Shown here: in pieces, positions 11,429 through 23,097 of the stretch
Layout of the letters: each line of letters begins with the position of its first letter
Numbering within the stretch: position 1 is the stretch's first letter
NCBI GenBank assembly: GCA_951406725.2
Contig: OX597818.1
Location: 34,782,001-34,846,000, forward strand
DNA from: Octopus vulgaris
Lineage: Eukaryota
Direction of reading: 5' to 3'
Length of the DNA stretch: 64,000 nucleotides
Program-made: the position numbers and the translations under genes
Notes under the pieces: model-generated
What the model was told of the DNA's origin: nothing
The model's database searches: none
Seen by the model: the letters and a program-made list of their open reading frames with translations, nothing else

Positions 11429-12720
11429 CGAGGGGCGTTCAATAAGTAATGCCCCTGACTCACTTCTCATAGCAGTAGAGCAACGAAACTTGGCACAGTT
11501 ATTAGTCTTTTTCTACATAGGAACCACCCTGAGTTACGCATTTCTCCCATCGTTTGATGCAGCTCTGGAGACCGTTTTTGTAGAGGACCACAGCTTGGTC
11601 CTCCAACCACGACGTGACTTCAGAAATCAAGGCTGTATCATCTGGGAAACGCTTTCCTTTCAAAAACAACCTCATGGCAGGGAAGAGGTGAAAATCAGAG
11701 AGTGCAAGGTCAGTAGAGTTGGGGGATGGGGGAGGAGTTCATAGCCGCACGCCTGTGCTTCTGATCTGGCAACACATGAGTTGTGGACCGGAGCGTTGTC
11801 CTGCAGGAGGAGGATGCCTTTGCGGATCTTGCCCCGCCTCTTGATTTTGATAGCTTCTCTTAATTTCCTCAAAAGTGAAGCATAATAGGCTCCTGTAATT
11901 GTGGAACCCTTTGCCAGGAAACCTGTCATCACTATTCCGTCCTGGTCCCAGAAGACTGTGAGCATGACCTTACCAGCAGAGGGGTGCACCCTTGCCTTCT
12001 TTGGAGGAGGTGAGTCACGGTGCTTCCACTGCATTGACTGGGCTTTGGTCTCTAGATCATAGTGATGGACCCAGGTTTCATCCTGGGTAATCAGTCTTTT
12101 GAAAAATTTTGACTCATCTTCTTGGCACATCTCCAAATTCATCCTCGAGCACTCAACGCATTCTTGCTTCTGGAAAGGTGTGAGCAACTTGGGGATCCAT
12201 CTGGCAGACACCTTTTGCATATGCAAATGGTCATGAATGATAGTTTCCACAGACCCGGTACTAATCTTGACCTCATAGGCTATTTTGCGAATAGTTATGC
12301 GTCGATCTTCCAAAATGGCAGCCTCAACTTGACGGACAGATGCCTCATCAATGGCAGAAAGGGGGCAACCAGATCTGGGAGCTGTTTTCGCAGAGTTCCG
12401 ACCATGTTTGAATTCACGATGGCAGCGTTTTACAAGGTCATATGATGGGGCATCATTACCATAAGTTACTTTCATTTCATCAAAAGTCTCCCGTGGTGTG
12501 CGTCCTTTCAAATACAAAAACCGGATCACTGCTCGACACTCAACAGGCTCCATTTCACACTTGACTCAGTTCAAACACCTGTAAATCAGAAACCACAATT
12601 AGTTCAGAGCTGTAATTTGCCACATAATCTATAGAGATAGAAATGATTTCACATGAAAAATTTCAGCTAGATCAAACAACTGCAAATGGGTCAGGGGCAT
12701 TACTTATTGATTGTCCCTCG
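11429..12720 (-). mobile_element. Full-length mariner (Tc1/mariner, DD34D) DNA transposon, 1292 bp
   Basis: 31-bp TIRs cgaggggcgttcaataagtaatgcccctgac and its reverse complement at the right end (3 mismatches), TA on both flanks, and an internal transposase gene. Confidence 0.97.
11502..12553 (-). pseudogene. Mariner transposase (~350 aa) with one 1-bp frameshift
   Basis: Motifs WIPKLL (WVPHEL-like), ITQDETW and LQDNAPVH. After a 1-nt deletion in the C-run at HPP (~11722) the other frame continues NSTDLALSDFHLF...KRWEKCVTQGGSYVEKD*. There are 34 residues between the second and third Asp. Confidence 0.93.
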
Positions 12721-13470
12721 TATGTCAATGAAGAGATTGTGTAAGGGATCTCAGAATGAAGTTAACTTTGTAGTGCTAGTTGCCAAGGGAGAGCATGATA
12801 GTAAGGTAGGACAGGTGAGCAGATCAGTAAGAAGAAAGCATGGTTAAAATTTGGGTGTTTATTGAAGAGAGCTTAAAATAGCAGTCATAAGACAACATGT
12901 GGATTGCAATTTTCACTTAGCTTGCATTAAATAATGATAATCAACAACAAAACTGATAGCAGCATGTTGTTTCCTTGAAGCAATGGAAGTGTACGAGTGG
13001 GAAAGATATTGGAAGGTGGAGATGGGAGAGGGTGAAGGAGAAAGAGGGAAAGAGACTGAGATTGAAGAGAAAGCATATACTGGGTTATGGTGGAGAATAA
13101 ATTGCCACAGTAAAAATTTCTTTGAAGAAATTAGATTTTATTTAGTTCATGGGAATAAAGTTTGGGAGCAAAAAGTACTCTGGTGTGAATCAAAGAGAAC
13201 TAAAGTAGAGGCAGAAGATAGTTCAAAGGGCTAATTGGTTAGTTACAACAACTGACTTAGCAAATCAGAATATTTACTTCGCTTACATTGATAATGATAA
13301 TCAATGATAAAAAATGAAAAAAAATGACAGTAGCGTGTTTTTCCCTTGAAGCGAAAAGTCAATGAATGAGTAGGTAAGAGAGATTGAGGATGACAGAAGG
13401 AAAAGTCATATAGATAGAGAGGGAGGGGAGATTGTGTGTGTGTGTGTGTGTGTGTATCTCTCTCTCCCCC

Positions 13471-13512
<42 letters not shown>

Positions 13513-13560
13513 TATATAGATAGATAGATAGATATATAGATAGATATAGATATATAGATA

Positions 13561-14111
13561 CGAGCAAAATGCCCCCACCCCCGTCCAATAGACGGTGCTG
13601 ACTTGTCAAACATTTAAACCAAATTTTCTCAAAACAACTCGTCCGACCGTCCCATAGGCCTCCCCTTTGAGAAACACTGATTTAACCTAAATTTTTGACA
13701 CCAGCAGAAGAAGAAATAAAGATAGACATTTTTCTATTCCAAAGAAAAACGATTTTTTTCACATAAATATGCAACCGAAGAGTTTAAAGTACCAATAATG
13801 ATAAGGCTGTTGACTGGGAGAACACAAACATGGTATAAGCACTAAGCTTGGCAGGAAAGAAACGTGCCTTTAAGTAGTACAAAAACAACAAAAAATGGAA
13901 GGTGCAGTTATGTACAGGTTGACAGAAGAAAAGCATGTTCCCATGGCTTTATTGATCGCATTCTCACCTAGAATCGATTTTTGTAATTTTTTTCAAGACT
14001 TATATATGCCCTGATACCGTCGGTATCTACATATCAAATTTGAGCGCAATCGTGTGGAGAATGCCCGAGATCCTAGAAGACACACAGACAGAACGGATTT
14101 TATATAATAGA
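13561..14111 (-). mobile_element. Non-autonomous Helitron
   Basis: Minus strand has an A|TCTATTATATAAAATCCGTTCTGTCTGTGTG start, a subterminal hairpin CCGTCtattgGACGG and a CTCG|T end (CTAG variant). No TSD. Confidence 0.7.
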
Positions 14112-14145
14112 TATATATATGTGTATATATATATATACAGATATA

Positions 14146-15050
14146 TCTCTTATTATAAAAGGCAGATTTTATCTGCCTCCCTTTGTCTCTTATAGAAATC
14201 TACAATATAGGATTTCTTCAATTACAATTTGCCTAGCATTTTTAAGAGTAGAATGCATCGGGTCTTGCCAGGTCCACTTTTTAAAATTTCAACCCCAATT
14301 AAGCAAAATTTAGAGAAAACTCACATTGTGGTGTATGAGTCAAATGCTTTTCTTAGTGTGGGATACGGCACACGCACACGCATAGTGTGCAACGAATAAA
14401 GTGAAAGTAATTCACTGTGTGTGTGTTGACAGGTAGACAATAGAATGCGATGGCGATGTAATATTTGTTTCTGTCTATGACGCTGATAGATACATGAGTA
14501 AAATGGATGGGAAGCTGAGATAAGAGTGAGTGAAAATGTTCTTGGAAGAGAGTAAATAGCGAGAGAGTGATTTGAGGAAGACTTTACATTAAATAACCGT
14601 AGTGGCTTGTATGTATATATATTTTACTCCACTACGACAAAACTACGAACCTTTGGCAGTACTATTTTTGTGACTCACGTGGTAGAATTCTGGAGGGAGA
14701 TACGAATTCGCTTGTCTATATAAATGTAGATATGCTGGTTGACCTTTGTATCTTTCGATGTCGCTTGGTCGAAAATATAAAAGGTAGGTTTTCCTAGCAT
14801 TTCTAGATTTATGGGAAATATTATGTTGATAAGGAAATGAACCTTACGATTCTAATCCAGATACGTGCGTCCATAATTAATCCGAGGACTGTGTGATTTC
14901 GTTGTTTTTCTTCTTTGTTTTGCCATATTTGAGTTACGAATATTGTTGTCTGTGGAGACTTATTTTTGTAGTAAAAAGAAATAGTTTTTTGGCTGCTATT
15001 TCTAATATTTTCGGTATGTGGTTTAAGCCACTTGTTGCAAAAAACCCTTA
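14146..15050 (+). mobile_element. Probable Helitron, 3'-truncated
   Basis: A|TCTCTTATTATAAAAGGCAG 5' end typical of Helitrons, and CpG-richer than its flanks. No CTRR/hairpin end seen before the (TA)n tract. Confidence 0.5.
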
Positions 15051-15056
15051 TTATTA

Positions 15057-15099
<43 letters not shown>

Positions 15100-15580
15100 G
15101 TGTGTGTGTTTGTGTTGGAAGTGAGAGAGAATAATATATTTTTAATTCTTAAATGTATTTAGAAAAATTAACAATACATAGCTCTCTAAATTTGTAATAC
15201 AAACTTAGCACAGCTGGCCAAATTTCTTTCTGAGTCTCTTGAAAAGATTTGTAGCTTTCAAGTAGCCATTGTCTCACTATCAGTGACATAGTCTGCATGT
15301 CTACAAAATGGCTGCTAGGTATGGAATTTCTAAGATTATAAAACATTAAGATAATTGTGTTCTGTATTCTTTTTTCCCTCTTTGTTTCAGTCATTAGACT
15401 GTGGCCATGCTGGGGCACTACCTTGAAGAATTTTACTCCAACAAATCAACCCCAGTGCTTATTTTTTTATTAAGCCTGGTACTTATTCTATCAGTTTCCT
15501 TTGCCAAACCACTAAATTACAGATATAAACACACCAACACCAGCTGTCAAGTGGACACACACACATACACATGCACGCGT

Positions 15581-15642
<62 letters not shown>

Positions 15643-15779
15643 GTATTTAGAAAAATTTGCCCATATTTAGCTGAATGAAATTTGTTAACAATTAGTGCAG
15701 CAGGCAAAATGCCTCTCTGGAATTGCAAGAATATTTGCATGTTAGGCATGTAAAGAATGTTTGTCACACTTCTACTTTC

Positions 15780-16165
15780 ACTATCAAAATGGGCCACCTT
15801 GGATCTTCCACTTAGTCCATAAAAATGTGATCTCCTATCCACTCAACCAAAACTGACAATGTAGGATTTTTCATCCTGGCCACCATAATGATAAGCCAGG
15901 ATGTGCTAATATCTTCACTGAAATTGGTAACCTAAGATCCCTTCCTTTACTGAAATTGACATTTTAGAATTTCTTATTTCTTAACCTAGGATCTCTACCA
16001 AAAAAACTGTCAGTCTAGGATTCCTTCCTCTACAGAATTGACAACTTAGAAGATGTGCCACACTGACACTAAATTTGATAAATTGTGTTCTTCCACCCCA
16101 ATGACCAAAATTGAGAACCTCGATTCCCACATTCCATCCCTAAAAATTGACAATCTAGGGTCTCT
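15780..16165. repeat. Degenerate ~32-36-bp minisatellite (about 10-11 units)
   Basis: Recurrent core acYaaaattgacaaYctaggat separated by 10-15 variable nucleotides. Confidence 0.7.
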
Positions 16166-16489
16166 TTCACTGTCAAGTGAGCAAAATCAAATGAATATAC
16201 TGATAGGCAAATGGACAAGAAACCAATGTGCAAAAGCCTATTTCTCTTTGTATTTTATATAACAGAAAGTATGCTCCCCCTCTCTCTACTTCAGTATGCA
16301 TGCACTAACTGCACATCAGTAATATGCAGTTAAGTGATCATGCAGATGGCCCTACACCTTCCAATTAAATTGGAACTTTGCTTTCAAACTCACTGTAATT
16401 GTAAATTTGGGGTGTTGTGTGTCCTGAATCATAAATGTAATGCAGAAGTGATAATTTACCAGGTGAACGTCCTGTTCTCTCTTTCAGAA

Positions 16490-16800
16490 TCTGTCATGTA
16501 CTAAATACTACATTGTCATGTGTGAAGGATCTTTCAAGAATCCTTGCACAAATCACAAACCCACTTATGAATTTGCAAATAAGAGGAATGACCCTGATTT
16601 ATCAAGATATGTATGACAATTAAAGGAGAGTAACGTTAATTAATAAACATCAAGATTAATTTTAGTATATAGTTGTAAATACATTAATGGCTAAACTATT
16701 TGTAACCTCTCATCAAAGATGACGAATATATTAATTAATAAAATAACGGTTTGACTAGCAAGTTTCACCATCAGATTAAATTTATTTTTGAAAACTGCAA
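16490..16800 (+). mobile_element. Penelope-like element relic, GIY-YIG endonuclease C-terminal part
   Basis: TKYYIVMCEGSFKNPCTNHKPTYEFANKRNDPDLSRYV*QLKE (cf. YIGxTEGxFKxRYxxHKxSF...TxLSKYIWxLKE), followed by ICNL and LINK remnants. Confidence 0.7.
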
Positions 16801-17088
16801 TAGGACATTTAAACAAGATTCAGATGCTGGATGTAGATTGTTACTGCATCACAAGTTTGTCAACTGCTATCTAGGATGTAGGTAACAAGAAACTCACAAC
16901 ACAACATCCTTTTAGTACAGTATAAGCCAACTGTATCAGATTTCTTTTTACTACCTCTAAATTCAGAATTAATTAGATGTAAAGATGCTTAAATAAATAA
17001 ATAAAATTCATTTCCCTTACTTAAAGTATCAAGTTCTCTTTGTAAAATTAATTTGCAAGTAATAACACATTAAGTAAAAGTAAAAAGA

Positions 17089-17158
<70 letters not shown>

Positions 17159-17254
17159 ATTTTGATTTTCCAGTTTCAGCTAATGAGCTGTGGCCATGCT
17201 GGGATACCGCCATATATATATATATCATAATTTTTTGTATATTTTTCCATGCTT

Positions 17255-17705
17255 ATATGAGTTGACTGGTCTTCTTGCCACTTGTTGAAGTCCTTTGCTA
17301 TCTCTGTGGTAAGGTTCAGCCTCCTGGGGTCATCCCTCACTACTTCTCATATCTTCCTCTGTCTTCCTTTTTCCAGATTCCTTCCTCATAGGTTACTTGA
17401 CACTTCTTGAACAAACTGTCATCATTCATACATATTACACATCTGTTTCAGCACAGTTCCCTTTCTTGCATGCCATATCTGACTCCACTTATATCCAGTT
17501 TTTCTCTCAGTTCATTCGTGCTTGGTCATTCATGAATATTAACATTACATATCCAATGGAGCATGCATGCCTCATTTTTTACCCCAACCTTTGCAAATTC
17601 TGTGCATTCACTGCTCATGATTTCTCTATTGTGCTGTACCTCATCTCAAACAGAAGCATTATACCATCTACTTTTCCCTTGCAAAGAGAATCCTTTTGTG
17701 AATAG
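17255..17705 (-). mobile_element. RTE LINE 3' fragment, degraded
   Basis: Collinear with 40960-41340. Confidence 0.65.
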
Positions 17706-18289
17706 CAGAGTAAATTAGAATGGGCTGTTCTTTCTGGAAGTAAAGTAGCAATAATACCTGAAGTAGCATCAGTCAAAGTTTTTTTTTTCCTGTTGTTTTC
17801 ATGTGGCAAGCAGCAGTTTAATGACAAATGTTTTGCCAATTCTTTGCTGGAATATCAAGAAACAAAAGCCTCTCAAGTATGGCATTGTAAAATAACTTTT
17901 GTTCAGACAGCAATTTAGTTTCATTTTTGCTAACGTGTCTTGAAGCCTTTTGTATTGTAGGAAGTTTCTTTTAATAGTTCTGCTGTTAAACCATCAACTT
18001 CAGAACAATTGATATGAGAGATTCCACACTCATGGAGATAACTTGGTCTTCAATATCAATTAGTGTTGTGGATTTCAGTAATGTATTCTGTTTTCCTGTC
18101 AAGATATTGCAACTGTATCCAATATCTGTAATCTACAAGATTGTTCTGTACTTTCACCATCTTGATATTAAATTTTCTATATCACAGTTTCCAAGGTGAA
18201 TAACAGTGTTCTCAAATTTCTTCCCGTGTATGTCACAGCAGTCTCTATCATAGCTGCTATCCACTGACCATCAATATCTCAACTTAAAA

Positions 18290-18495
18290 AGGTGGCAAGC
18301 TGACAGAAATGGGCGAAATGCTTAGCGGTAGTTCGTCTGTCTTTATGTTCTCAGTTCAAATTCTGCTGAGATCGACTTTGCCTTTCATCCTTTCGAGGTC
18401 AATAAATAAAGTACCAGTTGCATACTGGAGTCGATCTAATTGACTGGCCCCTTCCTTAAAAATTTCGGGCCTTGTGCCTAGAGTAGAAAAGAATA
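18290..18495 (+). mobile_element. Nin/Deu-like SINE (variant tail)
   Basis: gcctttcatcctttcgaggtcaataaataaagtaccag core and an aatttcgggccttgtgcctagagtagaaaag tail. Confidence 0.75.
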
Positions 18496-20119
18496 TCTCA
18501 ACTTAAAAGATGCCCCTCTATAAACAACACAAAGAATACAATTAAGTAATTGAGAAATGATTTGGGACCAAAGATTTTATCAAAAAGCTGTCTTAAGTAT
18601 CCTTGTCAAGTTGGGTTCACAGTACAAACTATGTATATAGTTACGTTTTAAATGCATATTCTTAACTAGGGCCATAATTAATTACAGTAGCCTCTCATTG
18701 CAGTCATGCCTACATTTTGTACAGATTTTCTCTGCGACCTGTTTTCTTCATTCTTTTAATCTTATTTTTCGGTTATTCTTATTCTCTTGGGTTATCTTTA
18801 CCCATGACTACTTTTGACTCTTAAAAGTCCTGAAGTGATTTCATGTATATAAACTTTCTATCCTGTTTGAAACTAGGAATCTTAATGAAATACTTTTAGT
18901 CCAGTTTAAAAATCATAAAAATATAACTATAGTATGAATTTGGATGAAATTTGCTGATGCAGTATGTTGATTGTCAATAACTATAGTTTTTACCTGTTAT
19001 CATACAACTTTCAACTGCCCAGGTAGATTGCGTACAGGCAAGTTAATTACTTGTTGGTCTTTTCACATGTTTACAAAATATTGATTTTCTGTCTCAGCTG
19101 GATTTCTGCCCCAGTTAGTTTCTGTAAGCTAGAAGCTATACAGCTCCCATTAGAAAAAGTATTCCAAGATAAGCCTTAATCTCTTACAGTCAACAATTTT
19201 GTAAGGCCCAACAAGTTTTTGTAATTTATTCTTATTATAATAATTATGCTCTTCTTGTAAACCTACCAATACTCAGTGATCTTACTTTTAAAATATTTTG
19301 GTAAATAAATGATTTCTTTTGTTAAGTCATTACTATGCACAAATGAAAGCATGTAATAACTATGTAATAACGCCACTCCTGCTCAGAATTGATATCACTT
19401 AGATAGCTGGTGTTATTGTTGATACTGAAATATCTCTTTCTCTAGTTAAATTATCAACCAATAAATAATAATAACATCATTAATAAATAATATCACCAAA
19501 TTCTAAGTCACTGCTTGTGGTATTAACTGCCATTGGAGAAATTCACTTGATAAAAAGCACACTCAAAAATAAAATAAATAACACACAAAAATAAAATAAA
19601 TAAACACATATGGTGCAAGCAAAAAATTCTTTTGACAAGAAGTTCTTTCTGCAATGAGGCTAAATTTTGTTGCCCCAAAGGGTACTTAGATCCAGTTTTT
19701 AGTTCCAAACATCAGCATTATTTGAATTTAAGTTACACATGGTTTAGGACTTGGCAATAGTTGCAGATACTTATAGAATTTTGAGTTAAATAAAATCTAT
19801 CCATGAGATAAGTCATTTCAGTTTGTTGAATATTTTTCAATAAATTGAGACATTAGATGTTTATTTGTGAAAAGCACAGTAAACGATGTCATTAAAGCAA
19901 GCACAATAAGACACCAAACAAAGAAAGCAATCATTGTTTTCCTTTGTAAGATGTTATCAGTTCAGAATTGGAAAAATAGCAACTGTTTATTTGTTACAGA
20001 TAGTTTCAAATTGAATGTTGTGTCTGTTATATGTAACAAGATCTGTGCAAAACAAATCTCGTCTTCTTTTTTTTTTTTTTTTTTTTTTTGAAGAAAAAAA
20101 ATAAAGGAAGTTATTGTTA

Positions 20120-20920
20120 ATTAACTCATCACCTTCAAAATATTTCCTTCCACTGTTGATACATTGTTCTCACCCCCCCCACCCTGAAATGCATTCTGGA
20201 ACATGTGCTTGCAAGTAGTGTACAGTTCTTGTAGTGAATTTAATTTCATCGATCTCTAATGTCTGATGTCAACAACTGTTCTAGGTTGATTTCAAAAAGT
20301 TCTTTGAGAGCTAAAAACAAAACAAACAAGCAAAAACAACTGCAGGCGTCAAATTTGTTGACTAGGGCAACTGGAAGACAAGAATCATCTTGTGTTTTGA
20401 CAAAAGTTGTGGTTAAGATAAGCAGGCGCATTGTTATGTACAGTATTTAGGTTTTGTTACATTTGTGACTCTTGCCACTTCCTTCACACTGCTTCTTTGA
20501 AACACTCCAAGACCCCCAAGTAAAACTCTTTATTGATTGTTTGACCACATAGAGCAAATTCAATATAGACGATACCCTTCTAATCAGATAAGATGATCAA
20601 CATCACTATCACATTTGAGTGTGTCTGATCGGCTTTTTTTAATTATTATTTTGTAGCAACAATGATCCAACCCACAGTAGTGATGGTCTTTTTGTTTCAG
20701 CATCAAAGTGTTACACCCATGCACCTGTTAGAACATTTGTAGAGAGTCTTTATCAGCATTCAGGTAATTAATCAAACAACACCTGACTGATGATCACTTA
20801 TTCCTATTTTTGTTCATCTTTCAACATATACAGCACAAATTTTGTGGCAACAAGATGCATTTTCGATTTTTCTTTTAAAATTTATGGCACAAACTTTTAC
20901 AGATGCCTACTTGTTTTGAA
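20120..20920 (-). mobile_element. Old degraded mariner relic
   Basis: Broken minus-strand peptides MHLVATKFVLYMLKDEQK (cf. MRRVAAKFVPRLLTDEQK), WV*HFDAETKRPSLLW (cf. WVYGYDPETKQQSSQW) and terminal KYFEGD. Confidence 0.75.
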
Positions 20921-20954
20921 ATTTAGCAGACAGCCAAGTACAACTTGGTGATGT

Positions 20955-21440
20955 TTGCAAGTTATAATGTCCTTCATATTGTGGCAGCAGCTGTACGATA
21001 TTATAATTGAGCATCTATTAAAAATCTTACTATATTTGTGATTTATTGGGAAATGATTATATAAAAGAGACAGGAAAATCTTGCCTATCTTAATCTTAAC
21101 ATGTAGGGAGAAAGGAGGAGCAAAGCAAATTATTTTCCTTGGTCTATTTTTATGATTAATATTTTTATTTGAAGGGTTGTAATATATCTTATCCTTGAAG
21201 TCACTGTTAGCCAAGGCATTGTTATTGTAGAGAGACCGCCTTAACCAATATTTCTTTAGAAGAAAAGAGATTTGGTATGCTATTGCTAATGTTAGCTCTC
21301 AGGTTCTAAACAATATAGGGAGTGACTGGACTGTTTATGTTTGTAAGGGAGTTTCAGTCTAGGGAAATATCTAAAAAATTGTCTTTGACGGATTAGTAGT
21401 AATTCTGATTTTGAGGCCTGATATACGTGCATGAACTGAG
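20955..21440 (-). mobile_element. Penelope-like element relic, RT thumb/linker region
   Basis: RPRKIICFAPPFSLHVKIKIGKIFLSLLYNHFPINHKYSKIFNRCSIIISYSCCHNMKDII matches the PLE motif RKIIWFNPPFS..VKTNIGK.FL.L..KHFP..H.L.KIFNRN..K.SYSC..NM..II. Confidence 0.85.
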
Positions 21441-22527
21441 AAGCAACAACGCAGGGCTGGAGAGGCCTGTTTAGTCATGCTGATGGCCATCATGAAAATA
21501 TACATCAAGTACTACTGTGAAATGGTTGGTGTTAGGAAAGTTGTTAGATCTATGTCAAAACTAAAACACCGGAGCAGGATGTGACTCTCCTACTTGCCTG
21601 ATTCTGTTCAACCATTCAACCCATATCAGCATGGAAAACAGATGCATAATGATGATGTTGATGGTATGACTATTCATAATAGCCTTATTATCACACGATG
21701 TTCAGAATTTCACTCTGCCACAAATGTTAAAAAAATATGTCATATTATAAACGGAGTATTCCTATCAAATCAAAGTTTGCTTCGTGAAAAGATGAAAAAA
21801 ACCTAAAATATTTTGTATAATGTGTAACATTTGATATTTACACTTTTGTTTCGTGTGTTGCAATTTTTTCTTGGGTTAAAAATGGTTCTGTGTATTTTAT
21901 TATTTACTAAGATGCAGTCTTAGCTTTTCTTGTTTCTGTGTCTAGTTAGTGTCCAAGGGTCAAAAACTATGTAATTTTATCACCACATGTCATTTTCTGA
22001 CAAAGAGCTATAACTAGCCTTCCCTTACCCACCTCTCATTTATACAAAAATCATGTGATGATGTGATGCCTGAAAAGAATTTATGATAACCAAGAAAGGG
22101 GAAGAGGGACATGATAAACACTAGGCTTGCAGTAAGGTTGAAAGCAAATTAATAGATGATAATCAAGGCTGAGAATAGTTTTTTTGTTTTTTTTGCACAT
22201 TTAAATTAAGACTTACTGCATATGTCATTGAAATATGTGTATTCCTACAATTGTTAGTAATTGCTTTGAAGATAATTAATTATAGATGCTGACATATAAA
22301 TGATAACTTGCAATAAAATGTTGAGTGCTTTATAAAGGTCAAGACCACTGGTGTATATATTTGTATTAACTCTATGGTACCTTAAAATCACTAATTCTTT
22401 CTTTGTTTTTTTTTTGTATCTCTTTTGTGGAATCTGTATTAAAATTTAATAACATTACAGTTTTTAAACTGCTATGTTCTCCATGCAGTTGTTACCCCAA
22501 TGAATGTTTTTTTAACTTATACCTTAA

Positions 22528-22748
22528 CCCTTTCGTTACTGTATTTATTTTAAGATGCTCTGTGTTTCTTTCAATTATTTTAAATATAATAAGGAATTTA
22601 GTAAAATAACTTAGTTATCATTAAGCTAGTGTTAGGAACATAAATTGCAACTAAGGTTTGGTGGAAGATTTTAATGAAACACCTATGAAAACAAGACATT
22701 AATACTACAGAGCCAGAGCCGGTTTTGGCCGGGTTGGTAATGAAAGGG
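22528..22748. mobile_element. piggyBac-type MITE (TTAA TSD)
   Basis: TTAA|CCCTTTCGTTAC...GTAATGAAAGGG|TTAA. A second, slightly deleted copy lies at ~4056-4268. Confidence 0.85.
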
Positions 22749-22993
22749 TTAAACATGCATAATCCTTTTGCAGAAATGATTTGTATTTATTTTATCTCTC
22801 CTCAAAAACTTTTTCTTTTGATTAAAAAGACAGGGGTTGGGATGGAGTTGGAGAGGAGTATTTTTATTCCTTTTGTGCTTTTGTTCCTTTGTAGTGATTT
22901 AATCTTTCCTGCATCACTTTTTTTTTTTTTGTTTTGCTCCTGCAACTAAAATATCATTTGGTTTCCTTATCCCTTACCCGCTTTGTGTTTCAG

Positions 22994-23097
22994 ATTATTC
23001 TTGTGCGCTTCAAAAAGACATACTTGTGCATGGTCGCATGTTCATTTCTCAGAACTGGGTCTGCTTCTATGCAAACATATTTAGATGGGAAACTGTG
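22994..23097 (+). CDS. GRAMD1: GRAMD1/Aster-family gene, internal coding exon (N-terminal half of GRAM domain)
   Basis: Acceptor tttgtgtttcag|AT (phase 1) and donor GTG|gtgagt (phase 0). Translates (D)YSCALQKDILVHGRMFISQNWVCFYANIFRWETV, closely matching the GRAMD1 GRAM motif DYSCALQRDILLQGRLYLSENWICFYSNIFRWET as recalled. Paralogue (A/B/C) cannot be assigned. Confidence 0.96.

Noticed and set aside
11328-12445. Plus-strand ORFs 11328-11744 and 12122-12445
   Set aside because: They are antisense shadows of the mariner transposase.
15780-16165. CRISPR-array interpretation of the repeat/spacer pattern
   Set aside because: The repeats are too degenerate, the spacers too short, there are no cas genes, and the context is a eukaryotic intron.
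1-22990. Expected upstream GRAMD1 exon (..F.KLF..LP..E.LI, ending in phase 1)
   Set aside because: Not found by eye; it probably lies upstream of the window. The VASt-domain exons were likewise not found downstream of 35944.
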